64,000 nt of DNA from Candidatus Bathyarchaeota archaeon. GTDB lineage: Archaea; Thermoproteota; Bathyarchaeia; Bathyarchaeales; Bathycorpusculaceae. The stretch is from NCBI GenBank assembly GCA_963811105.1, contig CAWEPZ010000011.1, positions 576,001 through 640,000 on the forward strand, written 5' to 3'. Both the position numbers and the translations under genes were made by a program. Below, in pieces: positions 1 through 13,138 of the stretch. Each line of letters begins with the position of its first letter. The first letter of the stretch is position 1. The notes beneath the pieces are model-generated. The model had not been told where the DNA came from, made no database searches, and saw only the letters and a list, made by a program, of their open reading frames with translations.

Positions 1-71
1 CCTGAATCTGTTTAACATAATAAATTTTATATCTAAGAGATTGCTCCTCAGTGGGTAGAGTTGTGATATTT

Positions 72-1052
72 ATGGCAGTTAAAATAACCCCAGATTACGT
101 GGACTTGCTCAACAAGGCTGTTGAACGGGAAATTGGTGTTTCACTTCAATACATACTTCAACATGCAAAAATGGAAAAACTTGTACGAAGAACCATCCCT
201 GAAAACATCCTTCTTGACAAAACTGTTTACGATACCGTTGGAAAGTTCCTAAAAGAAATCGCCATCCAAGAAATGAAACATGCCGCCAGCATAATGGAGC
301 GCATCTACTATCTTGGCGGACAAGCAACAACTAAATCAAGTAAAATTAACGTTGGCGACAACATAAGCGAATTTGCCAAACTTGGCGTAAAAGCTGAGGA
401 AGAAGCAGTAACACTTTATCGCCAGATTATCGACACCGCTGGAAAAATGGGCGATTGGGAAACGCGAGAACTTTTCGAAAAAATCTATGGCGAAGAAGAA
501 GGCCATCTCTTCAAATTCCAAGAATACACAATGTTCCTAGATGAAAAGGAAGAGCCAAGCAAAGTGCCCTTACCGGAATGGAGAAAAATCTACACCAACG
601 ATTATTTTACACTCTTAAACAAGGCAGTCTCAGCAGAAATCACCGGAATCATTCAGTACACAAGTCAACATGAGAAAGCAGCCTTTCTTGACCTCCGAAT
701 GAAAAACACCCCCTTAGAAGCCATAACCGAAACTAACAAAGCAGGCGTAGTAAGCAAGATACTCAAAGAAGTCTTCATGCAAGAAATGGATCATCTAGAA
801 AAAATCAGTGAACGCATATATCTACTTGAAGGCGAAGCAACGTACAAGCCAGATCCACTTCCAGTTGTCGGAGAAACGGCCCAAGATTTCCTGTGCTTAG
901 ACCATGCACTTGAAAGCTCTGCAATATTGCTTTATCGCCAGATTATCGCTGAAGCACTCAAACGCGCTGACACAACAACTAGACGCATGTTCGAAGACAT
1001 CATTGTTCAGGAAGAAAATCATTTCTGGACATTCGACGACTTTGTAAGATAA
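72..1052 (+). CDS. Tandem (two-domain) ferritin/bacterioferritin-like di-iron protein
   Basis: Two homologous halves, each LLNKAV..EI...QY..QH ... EMxH...ERIY.L.G ... E..AI.LYRQII ... EExH ferroxidase ligands; ATG at 72 preferred over GTG 51. Confidence 0.85.
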   Translation: MAVKITPDYVDLLNKAVEREIGVSLQYILQHAKMEKLVRRTIPENILLDKTVYDTVGKFLKEIAIQEMKHAASIMERIYYLGGQATTKSSKINVGDNISEFAKLGVKAEEEAVTLYRQIIDTAGKMGDWETRELFEKIYGEEEGHLFKFQEYTMFLDEKEEPSKVPLPEWRKIYTNDYFTLLNKAVSAEITGIIQYTSQHEKAAFLDLRMKNTPLEAITETNKAGVVSKILKEVFMQEMDHLEKISERIYLLEGEATYKPDPLPVVGETAQDFLCLDHALESSAILLYRQIIAEALKRADTTTRRMFEDIIVQEENHFWTFDDFVR

Positions 1053-1167
1053 ACATCCTTTTCTATTTCTTTTTTCGAATTTTTCTTATTAAATTGCACA
1101 GACAATTAACTTCCGAAAACTTAATTCCTAAGAGGATGCAACAATAGTATTGGCAGAGTCGAAGTGA

Positions 1168-1272
1168 GTGAAAGAAGAGAATCTGCCTCGTTGCATAAAC
1201 TGCGGAAATTTTATCAACGATTGTAAATGCGTATGCCCGTACTGCGGAGCAAACGCGAAATGCACTTGCTGA
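1168..1272 (+). CDS. Cys-rich microprotein (34 aa, 8 Cys; metallothionein/Zn-finger-like); possible read-through to 1305
   Basis: Manual translation from GTG: MKEENLPRCINCGNFINDCKCVCPYCGANAKCTC*; not in the ORF track (too short). Confidence 0.6.
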   Translation: MKEENLPRCINCGNFINDCKCVCPYCGANAKCTC

Positions 1273-1344
1273 ATAGGCATTGAAAAAGCAACAGGCGGCG
1301 GATAAGCGCCCTCACCATAAATGAATTATTCAATGTGAAGCAAA

Positions 1345-3260
1345 ATGGTAATTGAAAGCATAAATTGGATGGCAGGCGGACCCCAAGGAAGCGGCGTTGA
1401 CACAGCATCCACCATATTTGGCAGAGCTTGCGGTTACGGCGGCCTATGGGTTTTCGGCAGAAGAGAATACCACTCGAACATTAAGACAATGCATAGCTAT
1501 TTCCTTCAGCGGATTTCGAAACAGCCAACCCTAGCCAATATTAGTGATGTGGATTTGCTTGCAGCTTTTGACGCTGAAACCGTTGTAAGGCATGTCAGCG
1601 AAGTCGTGAGTGAGGGCGGCATAATAGTTGATTCACGCGATTTAAGCGTCAATGTCTTAAATGGAATTCCAACATTTTCTGAGGAATATAAAAAACATAT
1701 CCAAGCTTACATGAAAGAAAACAATATTGGCGAAACTATCACTGATTTCCTCAATTACGCTAAAACAAAAAATATTCAGGTATATCCTGTTCCATATATG
1801 GACTTGCTTACGCAAATTGGCAAAGCAGTCAAAATAGAAAAAGTCAGTATGCTCTCAAAAATGCTAAACGTTCTAACAATAGGAATATCATTTGCTCTTC
1901 TAAAATATGACAAAAAACTTGTTGAAGACGCAATCAAAGCTACCTTCCACGAAAAAATCGCCGCCATGAACGTCACAGCAATAGACTACGCTTACGATTA
2001 CGCAGAAAAAAACCTCAACATAAACAGTTTCAAACACAAACTAGAAAAAGTACCCGTTAATGAGCCGCGAATTTTCCTGACAGGAAACCAAGCAGTCGCT
2101 ATGGGCAAAGTTTTAGGCGGCTGCAGAATACAAACATACTATCCAATCACTCCAGCGGCTGATGAAAGCGAATATATAGAAGCGCACGAACTGCTAAAGA
2201 CAAAAAAAGGTCAAGAAGCAATCGTTGTGCTTCAAACGGAAGACGAAATTGCTGCGGTAAATTCGGCTTCAGGCGCATGCTTGACTGGAGCAAGAGCAGC
2301 GACAAGCACGTCAGGACCAGGTTTTTCATTGATGGCTGAGGGCTTAGGATGGGCAGGAAACAACGAAGTACCTTTAGTAATAACATATTATCAGCGAGGT
2401 GGACCTTCAACCGGCCAGCCTACAAGGCACAGTCAACAAGACTTACGATTCGCCATGCATGCAGCTCACGGAGAATTCGCACGAATAATTCTTGCTTCAG
2501 GAGACATTAAGGAATGCTTCTACGACGCAGCTGAAGTGTTCAATTTAGCTGAAAAATATCAGATGCCAGTTATTCATTTACTTGACAAAGGCATGGCTAA
2601 TTGCTCACAAACATACCCAATCTTCGACTACACAAACGTCAAGATCGACCGAGGACAAATTGTCACAGAAAAAGAGTTGGAAGACAAAGAGTACAAGCGC
2701 TTCCGCTTCACTGAAACCGGAGTTTCTCCAAGGGCTTTTTTGGGCACGAAAAACGCAGTACAATGGTGCACCGGCGATGAGCATAATGAGTCGGGTAACA
2801 TAAACGAAGAGCCATTTACCCGCAGGGCGATGATGGAGAAAAGAATGAAAAAGCTGGACTTGGTGGATAAAGAGGTGCCGTTGGAAATGAAGATTAACTT
2901 TTTTGGCGACAAAGACTCAGAAAACATAGTGGTAAGTTGGGGCTCCCCTAAAGGCGCTATTATTGAATCGCTCAACCAGCTTAAAGATGAAGGCTTTAGT
3001 TTATGCTACATTCAAGTGCGAATGATACATCCGCTTCCCTCTGCCTACCTAAAACAACTACTTCAAAACAAAAAACGCATAATTGACATAGAAGACAACA
3101 TCACTGCTCAATTAGGCGGCATAATCACAGAACACACTTCAACCAAACCCAACTATTACATCCTCAAATATACTGGCAGACCAATGATGACAACTGAAGT
3201 TTATCAAGCCATCAAGAATGTCTTAACAGATAAAGCGCCCGAAAGGCAGGTGCTCATGCT

Positions 3261-3279
<19 letters not shown>
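1345..3279 (+). CDS. korA: 2-oxoacid:ferredoxin oxidoreductase alpha subunit (gamma-alpha fusion type); last residues replaced by the insertion
   Basis: GGPQGSGV, YYPITP, EDEIAA, TSGPGFSLM, QRGGPSTG motifs; substrate specificity not determinable from sequence. Confidence 0.92.
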
Positions 3280-5299
<2,020 letters not shown>

Positions 5300-5410
5300 A
5301 CCGTTTTAAAAGCGGTAAGAAGCTCTCCTTTCTTCTCAATCAGAAAGAGTGTTGTTCAATAGATATGAATCGCTATTTCCAATATTGACATGTTTCAATA
5401 AGAATGGATT

Positions 5411-5794
5411 TCAGAGCGGCTTTATTTCTGCCTCTTCATCGCAATAACAGTTGGCAGTGAATTTGGGAGTGCAGATGCAATAAAACACCAAATCAACATT
5501 TCCTATGTTAGTTATTTTTTGGGAAGCTTCCGGTGGAATAACAACGACATCGCCCTCGGCCACTTCTGTTGGTTCTAATTCTCCAACTTTTACTATCCCT
5601 CTTCCGCTTGTTATTAAGTAAATTTCTTTTACGCCGCTTAGATGATGGGCAACTGTTGTCACTCCAACTTTTACTGTGGCGCGGGCAATTGATATCTCTT
5701 GGGAGCTGTAGTTTTCAGCAACGGAGCATCGCTCATATGTTGCCGTTTCGCTTAAAGTGTTGTTTCTTATAAATTTGGGCTTCATGCTTTGCAC
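5411..5794 (-). CDS. Cupin domain protein
   Basis: HHL..VKEIYLITSGRG ... GDVVVIPP...QKITN cupin motifs. Confidence 0.8.
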   Translation of the reverse strand: MQSMKPKFIRNNTLSETATYERCSVAENYSSQEISIARATVKVGVTTVAHHLSGVKEIYLITSGRGIVKVGELEPTEVAEGDVVVIPPEASQKITNIGNVDLVFYCICTPKFTANCYCDEEAEIKPL

Positions 5795-6015
5795 TTTATC
5801 TCTTGTTTATGAATATAACAGGTAACTGTCATTGTATACCTCAATTTGACTATATGCTTTGCGCAAGCCTTAACCAAACGATTATTTACGCGAAAACAGG
5901 TTTTTTTGCGAAACAACGGCTTATTCTAATTTTATTATTTTTTGTTTTATGTTTATTTGTCATGGTCTTTGCTTTTAGGCAATGGCTTGTATTTCGAGAT
6001 TAATGTGAAAAGAAC

Positions 6016-6071
6016 TTATATATGCGCTAAATGTAGTGGTAGAATAAGCTCGCTAACACTATGAATATGAT
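6016..6071 (+). promoter_or_regulatory. TATA box (TTATATAT 6016-6023) followed by two tandem NrdR-box-like sites
   Basis: gcgCTAAATGTAGTgg (6024-6039) and acaCTATGAATATGat (6056-6071), 32 bp apart, resembling consensus acaCwAtATaTwGtg; upstream of nrdR-nrdD-nrdG. Confidence 0.55.
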
Positions 6072-6092
6072 GTAGTATGAGTATGTATCTAT

Positions 6093-6539
6093 ATGAGATG
6101 TCCCTACTGCAACTCTGAAAATTCAAAAACTTTGGAAACGCGCGATTCCCCAGAGAACACCACACGCAGACGCAGAGAATGCATAAGCTGCGACAAACGC
6201 TTCACGACTTACGAGTACGTAGAGACTGTAGAGCTAATGGTCCGTAAAAAAGACGGCAAACTTGAACGTTTTGACGTTAACAAGATAATACGGGGTTTGC
6301 AGAAAGCTTGCGAGAAAAGACCTGTAACCATGAACCAAATCAACGAATTAGCAAGCAAAGTAAGGCAAGACTTCATGCTTAAAGGCACCGAAGAAGTCGC
6401 TTCCAGAGAAATCGGCGATCTAATCATTAAATACCTAAAAAATGTCGATCGCATAGCGTACATTCGGTTTGCTTCAGTTTACAAGCAGTTTGAAGAGCCT
6501 GAAGATTTCAGGCGGTTACTCCTTGAGGTGAAAAAATGA
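6093..6539 (+). CDS. nrdR: Transcriptional repressor NrdR
   Basis: MRCPYC...TRRRRECISCDKRFTTYE Zn ribbon + ATP cone + AYIRFASVYKQF. Confidence 0.96.
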   Translation: MRCPYCNSENSKTLETRDSPENTTRRRRECISCDKRFTTYEYVETVELMVRKKDGKLERFDVNKIIRGLQKACEKRPVTMNQINELASKVRQDFMLKGTEEVASREIGDLIIKYLKNVDRIAYIRFASVYKQFEEPEDFRRLLLEVKK

Positions 6540-8662
6540 GATTCGTATTAAAACGTGATAGTAAATTAGAACCCTTCGATCAAGAACGCATAACTACTGC
6601 AATTTGGAAAGCCGCTAAAGCAGTAGGCGGAACAGACAAAACTCAAGCAAAACGATTAAGCGATGAAGTAGTGGCTGAACTTCAAAAAACTTACGGTGAT
6701 GACGGAGTCCCAACAGTTGAAGAAGTCCAAGATATGGTTGAAAAACGCCTAATCGAAAACGGACACGCTCAGACAGCTAAAGCCTACATATTATACAGAA
6801 AACAACACACTGACATGCGTGAATTAGCCGCACTTTTAAGCTCCTCAGACATGGTAGACCAATACCTTGAAGTGGAAGATTGGCGGGTCAAAGAAAACAG
6901 CAACATGAGCTACTCCCTGCAGGGACTAAATAATTACCTGTCATCAACGGTCATAGCTAAGTACTGGATATCAAGAATTTACCCAGAAAAGATTGCTGAC
7001 GCACACTTTTCAGGCGACATACATATTCACGACTTGGGCGTTTTAGGCGCTTATTGCGTCGGCTGGGACGTAAGCGAATTATTGCTCTCAGGATTCGGTG
7101 GAGTACATGGAAAAATTGAAAGCAAACCCGCAAAACATTTTCGCACTGCGTTAGGTCAAGTTGTAAACTTCTTCTATACATTGCAAGGTGAAGCAGCAGG
7201 CGCACAAGCGTTTAGCAACTTTGACACATATCTTGCACCATTCATACGATATGATAATCTTACTCAAAGAGACGTAGAGCAGGCGCTTCAGGAATTCTTC
7301 TTTAACATGAATGTGCCGACCCGTGTAGGCTTCCAAACACCGTTTACCAATCTAACCTTGGATTTGACTGTGCCAGATTTCATGAAAAACGAGGCAGTCC
7401 TCTTCAACGGAAAGGTTACCCAAGACACTTATGGTGATATGACTAAGGAAATGGAAATGTTCAATTTAGCCTTCGCTGAAGGCATGCGGCAAGGCGACTC
7501 CAAGGGCAGAGTATTCACTTTCCCGATTCCCACCTATAATATAACCAAAGATTTCAATTGGGATTCACCTGTAGCTCAAGCCATCTTTGAAGTAACAGCC
7601 AAGTATGGTGTGCCATACTTCTCCAATTTTGTCAATAGCGACATGAAACCTGAAGATGTGCGCAGTATGTGCTGCCGACTAAGAATAGACAACCGCGAGT
7701 TACGCAAGCGAGGCGGCGGATTCTTTGGCGCTAATCCATTAACAGGCAGCATAGGCGTTGTTACCCTCAACATTCCCAGAATCGGTTACTTATCCAAAGA
7801 TGAGGATGAGTTCTTTGAGCGTTTAGAGACGATGATGGAAACTGCAAAAGCAAGTTTAGAAATTAAACGTAAAGTTCTTGAAGCATTCACAGACAACGGT
7901 CTATACCCATATTCCAGACGTTACCTACGCCACATAAAAGAAGGATATGGCAAGTACTGGAAAAACCACTTCTCAACAATAGGAATAGTAGGCGTAAACG
8001 AAGCAATCATAAACCTGCTGGGACAAAACATTGCATCACGAGATGGACAGGCCTTCGCTGTTAAAATGCTAACTTTCATGCGCAACCGCCTGGCAGATTA
8101 TCAAGAGGAAACAGACAGCATCTACAATCTTGAAGCAACCCCAGCTGAAGGCACATCTTATAGACTTGCCCGCATAGATAAAAAACGCTACAGAGACATA
8201 ATATTCGCTAACCAAAAACAAGTAATCGCTGACCATGCCGAACCCTTCTACACTAACTCTTCACAGTTGCCAGTTGACTTTTCCGGCGACCTCTTCGAAG
8301 CGATGGAACACCAGGAAACTTTGCAGACGCTCTACACTGGAGGCACAGTATTCCACATTTTCCTGGGCGAGCGGCTACATTCATGGAAGTCAGCTGCTGA
8401 ACTAATCAAGAAAGTAGCATGCAACTCACATTTACCCTACTTCACGCTGACGCCGACATTCAGCATTTGCCCAACGCATGGTTACACGAGTGGCGAACAC
8501 AAATTATGCCCTGTCTGCGGAGCAAACTGCGAAATTTACTCACGAGTAGTCGGGTACCTACGACCTGTAGACCAGTGGAACGATGGAAAACAAGCTGAAT
8601 TCAAAATACGCAAAACCTTCGATCGTTCAACGGTTTTGGCTTCAGCACCCCTGACATCTTAA
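6536..8662 (+). CDS. nrdD: Anaerobic (class III) ribonucleoside-triphosphate reductase
   Basis: N-terminal ATP cone, FTFPIPT, SMCCRL, EATPAEG, C-terminal Zn site and glycyl-radical YSRVVGYLRP. Confidence 0.95.
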   Translation: MRFVLKRDSKLEPFDQERITTAIWKAAKAVGGTDKTQAKRLSDEVVAELQKTYGDDGVPTVEEVQDMVEKRLIENGHAQTAKAYILYRKQHTDMRELAALLSSSDMVDQYLEVEDWRVKENSNMSYSLQGLNNYLSSTVIAKYWISRIYPEKIADAHFSGDIHIHDLGVLGAYCVGWDVSELLLSGFGGVHGKIESKPAKHFRTALGQVVNFFYTLQGEAAGAQAFSNFDTYLAPFIRYDNLTQRDVEQALQEFFFNMNVPTRVGFQTPFTNLTLDLTVPDFMKNEAVLFNGKVTQDTYGDMTKEMEMFNLAFAEGMRQGDSKGRVFTFPIPTYNITKDFNWDSPVAQAIFEVTAKYGVPYFSNFVNSDMKPEDVRSMCCRLRIDNRELRKRGGGFFGANPLTGSIGVVTLNIPRIGYLSKDEDEFFERLETMMETAKASLEIKRKVLEAFTDNGLYPYSRRYLRHIKEGYGKYWKNHFSTIGIVGVNEAIINLLGQNIASRDGQAFAVKMLTFMRNRLADYQEETDSIYNLEATPAEGTSYRLARIDKKRYRDIIFANQKQVIADHAEPFYTNSSQLPVDFSGDLFEAMEHQETLQTLYTGGTVFHIFLGERLHSWKSAAELIKKVACNSHLPYFTLTPTFSICPTHGYTSGEHKLCPVCGANCEIYSRVVGYLRPVDQWNDGKQAEFKIRKTFDRSTVLASAPLTS

Positions 8663-8673
8663 GAGGAACCAAA

Positions 8674-9351
8674 ATGAAGTTTAGTGGAATACAAAAAATA
8701 AGCCTCATTGATTATCCCGATAAGGTAGCCAGCGTACTGTTCACGCCTGGCTGCAACCTACGCTGCCCCTTCTGCCACAATTGGCGCATAGCCGTAAATC
8801 CACAACCCCCGTTTCTGCAGGAAGCCACCGCCTTGGAAATCTTGGAGAGCCGAAAGAAGTATGTTGATGCTGTAGTTGTCACCGGTGGAGAACCGTGCAT
8901 GCATAAAGAACTGCCTAAATTCCTCGCTAAACTAAAGGAACGAGGTTTTTCAGTTAAGTTGGACACGAATGGTTTCTTCCCAGATGTGCTTGAGCAATGC
9001 CTAGGAAGTGTGGATTTTGTTGCTATGGATGTTAAGACTTGCAGAGAAAAATATAAGCTACTTGGCGCTAAGGACACGACTGAGCTTATGCGAACTATGG
9101 AAATCCTGAAAACAGGTAAGGTGCCCTATGAATTTAGGACAACGATTGTTCCAGAACTTGTTACGGCTCAAGATGCAACATATATTGGGGAAATGGTAAA
9201 GGGTTCTAAAACCCATTCACTTCAACAATTCATTCCTGAAGATACCTTGGACAAAAAATGTCAAAGCCTCAAGCCTTATGCACCGGAAACCATCGATGAA
9301 TTCGCAAAAATAATACGTCAGTACACTGAAAACGTTACTTTGCGTATTTAA
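8674..9351 (+). CDS. nrdG: Anaerobic RNR activating protein (radical SAM)
   Basis: GCNLRCPFCHN, TGGEP, KLDTNG, YEFRTT; adjacent to nrdD. Confidence 0.9.
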   Translation: MKFSGIQKISLIDYPDKVASVLFTPGCNLRCPFCHNWRIAVNPQPPFLQEATALEILESRKKYVDAVVVTGGEPCMHKELPKFLAKLKERGFSVKLDTNGFFPDVLEQCLGSVDFVAMDVKTCREKYKLLGAKDTTELMRTMEILKTGKVPYEFRTTIVPELVTAQDATYIGEMVKGSKTHSLQQFIPEDTLDKKCQSLKPYAPETIDEFAKIIRQYTENVTLRI

Positions 9352-9821
9352 CGTTTCTTCCTTTTCTCAATGGCTTATAGCTTTCTCAATTATTAGAGTT
9401 CTTGTTTAAAATAATGTTCTAGCAACCTTCTTGTTCCCCGACGAATACTCTCTGAAAGTGTTGCCGGACTTTGTTCTATGTTTCTATCTATTATTTCAAT
9501 TAGAAATTCAGGTATTTTGACGTTTACAAAGCAAATTGAAATTAGCTCGCCTTGCTTCATGTTAGTTAATTGTTTCGGATAGTTTGTTAATTCTTTGGAA
9601 ATCGATTCTTCTCACTAACTTGAGCAATTAGCCGTTTCACGCGTTATTAACGCAAAAAAATATCCATAGACATCTCTCACAAATGGTTCAGTAGCGCTTA
9701 ACAAAAAAACGTTAGCAAAGTCTTATAAAAAAATCAATATTAAAGGATGTGGTTGGGCAAGCGGTGTACATATTATTTACTCTTCTTGTCCAATAAAAAT
9801 ATAGGAAAAGGAAAAGAAAAT

Positions 9822-12518
9822 ATGCGAATAAATAAGTTGAAAATATTTGCTACAATTGTTATTGCTCTTATGATGACTTCTGTAATGATGATAGAAAATA
9901 ATCTCGTTAGAGCACAAACTGTCAGCCAACCACAACCAGGACCATTACCAACCGGTGCAACTCCCGACACAACACTTTCAGTAGTCGGCGCTTTCCTTAG
10001 CGTCACACCAAGCCCCTTAGGGATAGGTCAACAGCTGCTAGTCAACATGTGGATAATACCCCCAACGGCACGCAATCGACAATTCAATAAAGCATACGAG
10101 CTAACAATCACCAAGCCAGATGGTAGCCAAGCCGTTATAGGCCCAATGGACTCATTTGCCGGCGACGCAACAGCATGGACTAACTACGTCCCCGACCAAA
10201 TAGGCACATTTAAATTCAAATTTGATTTTCTCGGCCAATATTTCCCAGCAGGCTACTACTACAACGGCATTAACTACCCAAACATCGCAGCAATGCCCGC
10301 AGCAGACTTAGCCAAAATGGCCCAGACAACCTATGGCTCTATGAGCGCACCTCAAAACCTAGGCTCAGCCTACTACAAACCCACATCAAGTCAAGAGGTA
10401 GACGTTGTAGTTCAGCAAAATCCAATCGCCTCATGGACACCAACACCACTTCCAACCGACTACTGGACCAGACCTGCATATTCTGAGAATCGAGAATGGT
10501 GGCCGATATTAGGAAACTCGCCGCCAACTGGAATCATAGGCGGAGGACCTAATTGGCCAGCAAATACAAACATCTACATGAACAACTACGGCTTTGTTCC
10601 ATACGTGCAAGCTCCTAACACTGCACACGTTGTATGGAAACGACAGGGTGCATTTGGAGGACTTGTCGGAGGATCAAAAGGACAAATCACTTATGACTTA
10701 TTTGCAGGAACTGGCGAGATCGGCTTTCCAGCTATAATCTATAATGGAAGATGTTACCAAACTGTCACAAAAGTCAACCAGACGGCACCAACATCACAAG
10801 ATTACTGGCAATGTTATGATCTGCGAACCGGACAAGTGTACTGGGAAAGACCAATATATCCAGGAGAAACTATGCCTACCTTTATCGAATATGCGTCTGA
10901 GTCAGAGGAAGTTCCAGGCGCTGAAGCCAGAGTGGGAACAACGATATATCTAGACGCCTTAACTGGCTCATCAGGAACCAATTCGGGTAGAATACTGAAG
11001 TATAATCCCTGGAATGGAGCCTTGCTAGTTAACATAACAGGGCTTCCACCAGGCGTATCGGGAACAACATTATACGGATACCCCTACGTTCTAAGCGTCC
11101 AAACTATTGGCAGCGGTGCGAGCGCCACTTACCGATTGATTAACTGGACAATTGAAAACAGTGCAGGACCAGGAACTGCATACACAGCGTACGGACTAAC
11201 ACCAGTAACTGACAATTTCACTTCCAGAATTGTAAGCAACACAACTTGGCCATTCAGTAGCCTAGGCACTGCCGACTTCCAAGCTGGCTTAACTGTCAAT
11301 ACAGGTGCAATAATTGCAGCAGGAACAGGCGTACAAGCAGGTACTTTCATAATGGGTGCCAGCTTAACAACAGGACAACTGCTATACAACATTACGTTGA
11401 ACGCTGACAACGGTTACAACCAGTTCACTGGAATTAACCCACGAGCTGACCATGGAAAATTCGCCACACGCAACCGAGATGGATCCTACTATTGGTTTGA
11501 CATGGCAACAGGCAAATTCCTATGGAAGAGCCCACTTTCAAGCTATCCATGGGGTGTCTGGGAAGCATACAACGTTGAATCAGCTTACGGGTACATTTAC
11601 ATGACAGACTACGCAGGCGTTAGCGCTATTGACTGGAACACGGGCAACATTGTTTGGCAATTCATAGCGCCAACTCCATTTCCGTTCGAAACACCATATG
11701 ATGTCAACGGGACAGGAACATATTCCTTCCACAGCGCAGGTCTAGTAGCCGACGGAAAACTTTACGTTGTTAACACCGAACACTCACCATCACAGCCTCT
11801 CACAAGAGGATGGCGACTATTCTGCCTCAACGCTACTACAGGTAATGATATATGGAACATATCCAACGGACAAGGTGCACCTGGCTCTAGAATATTCCAA
11901 GGTGCTATCGCCGACGGTTATCTCGCAATGACCAACGAATATAACGGGTACATGTACGTTTACGGAAAGGGTATAAGCGACACTACAGTCTCAGCTCCAC
12001 AAACTGCCATAACACAAGGAACCTCCATAGTGATTGAGGGTACAGTATTAGACCAGTCTCCAGCTCAAACAGGCAAGCCATGCGTCTCAGCAGACTCAAT
12101 GTCCACAGAAATGGAATACTTGCACATGCAATATCCAATCGACGGCATCCACCATAACGTAACGATGACAGGTGTACCGGTTACTCTAACAGCATTAGAT
12201 TCAAATGGCAACTCGATAAACATAGGAACTGCAATAACAGATGCTTACTACGGAACCTTCAGCAAGACGTGGACTCCACAAACAGCAGGTGATTACAAAA
12301 TCATAGCTTCATTTGCTGGAGATGACTCTTACGGCAGTTCAGGAGCAGCAACCGCCCTAACTGTAGCCCAAGCGCCATCTGCATCAACAACATCAACAAC
12401 TTCATTGCAATCTGCACCAGATAACACGATGGTCATTATAGCTTCTGCCTTAGCGGTAATAATAGCCGTAGCAATAGTGGGCGCTTTGATGATGATGACA
12501 TTCAAAAGACGACCCTAA
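9822..12518 (+). CDS. Secreted PQQ-like beta-propeller protein with C-terminal Ig-like domain and TM anchor (paralog 1)
   Basis: Signal peptide, PLPTDYWTRP, CYDLRTGQ.YW, EHSPSQP..RGW, FAGDDSYGSS, TM+KRRP; ATG 9822 likely start. Confidence 0.8.
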   Translation: MRINKLKIFATIVIALMMTSVMMIENNLVRAQTVSQPQPGPLPTGATPDTTLSVVGAFLSVTPSPLGIGQQLLVNMWIIPPTARNRQFNKAYELTITKPDGSQAVIGPMDSFAGDATAWTNYVPDQIGTFKFKFDFLGQYFPAGYYYNGINYPNIAAMPAADLAKMAQTTYGSMSAPQNLGSAYYKPTSSQEVDVVVQQNPIASWTPTPLPTDYWTRPAYSENREWWPILGNSPPTGIIGGGPNWPANTNIYMNNYGFVPYVQAPNTAHVVWKRQGAFGGLVGGSKGQITYDLFAGTGEIGFPAIIYNGRCYQTVTKVNQTAPTSQDYWQCYDLRTGQVYWERPIYPGETMPTFIEYASESEEVPGAEARVGTTIYLDALTGSSGTNSGRILKYNPWNGALLVNITGLPPGVSGTTLYGYPYVLSVQTIGSGASATYRLINWTIENSAGPGTAYTAYGLTPVTDNFTSRIVSNTTWPFSSLGTADFQAGLTVNTGAIIAAGTGVQAGTFIMGASLTTGQLLYNITLNADNGYNQFTGINPRADHGKFATRNRDGSYYWFDMATGKFLWKSPLSSYPWGVWEAYNVESAYGYIYMTDYAGVSAIDWNTGNIVWQFIAPTPFPFETPYDVNGTGTYSFHSAGLVADGKLYVVNTEHSPSQPLTRGWRLFCLNATTGNDIWNISNGQGAPGSRIFQGAIADGYLAMTNEYNGYMYVYGKGISDTTVSAPQTAITQGTSIVIEGTVLDQSPAQTGKPCVSADSMSTEMEYLHMQYPIDGIHHNVTMTGVPVTLTALDSNGNSINIGTAITDAYYGTFSKTWTPQTAGDYKIIASFAGDDSYGSSGAATALTVAQAPSASTTSTTSLQSAPDNTMVIIASALAVIIAVAIVGALMMMTFKRRP

Positions 12519-13138
12519 TCTTCCCATTTTATTTTTCTGAAAACTACGAATAAAATTTTTTTTCAAACTTGGTTGTGAAGATTGTTGTTGAAAGGTGAGC
12601 GGAAGCTTTAAAATCGTGTATGCGAGCTTCCAAGCGACTTGGCATCAGCTTACTTGGCTGACTTGTAGGCAACAAGCGCTTAAGCGTGCCTATTCAATTA
12701 AAGTCAATAAAAGTCAAAGAGTTGGAAGAGTAGTTTTTTCCCGCTAACTAAGAATTAATTTCAAAACATCACTTGAGAAAAGCAGAGAGTGTAGATTCCA
12801 AAGTCAATCTGATAGGGTTTAAAATGTAACTTAGCGCTTTAAAATCGACGTTTACACTCAGACTTAGAAGAGTTGGTATTTTTTGCGCAAAAAATCGTAA
12901 AAAAAAGGTCGTCGCAATCTCTATTAGCCTTAGCTTCCCATTGTAGAGTTGTAGCAATTGTACTTAGATTTTGCCCACCCAACGTTGTTTTTCTAACGAA
13001 TTAGTTTTGGACATGTATTCACTTATTTAATATAAATAGTCATTTTCTTCGAAAAATTCTTTTCAATAGTGTTAAATACTGAACAAACGCATAGTGTTTC
13101 TAACCTTAAATATGAAGTATAACTTGGAGATATAAAAA

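Noticed and set aside
12598-12693. Run of short hairpins downstream of propeller paralog 1 as an ncRNA
   Set aside because: Stems are only 5-7 bp and no recognisable tRNA or Rfam pattern is seen
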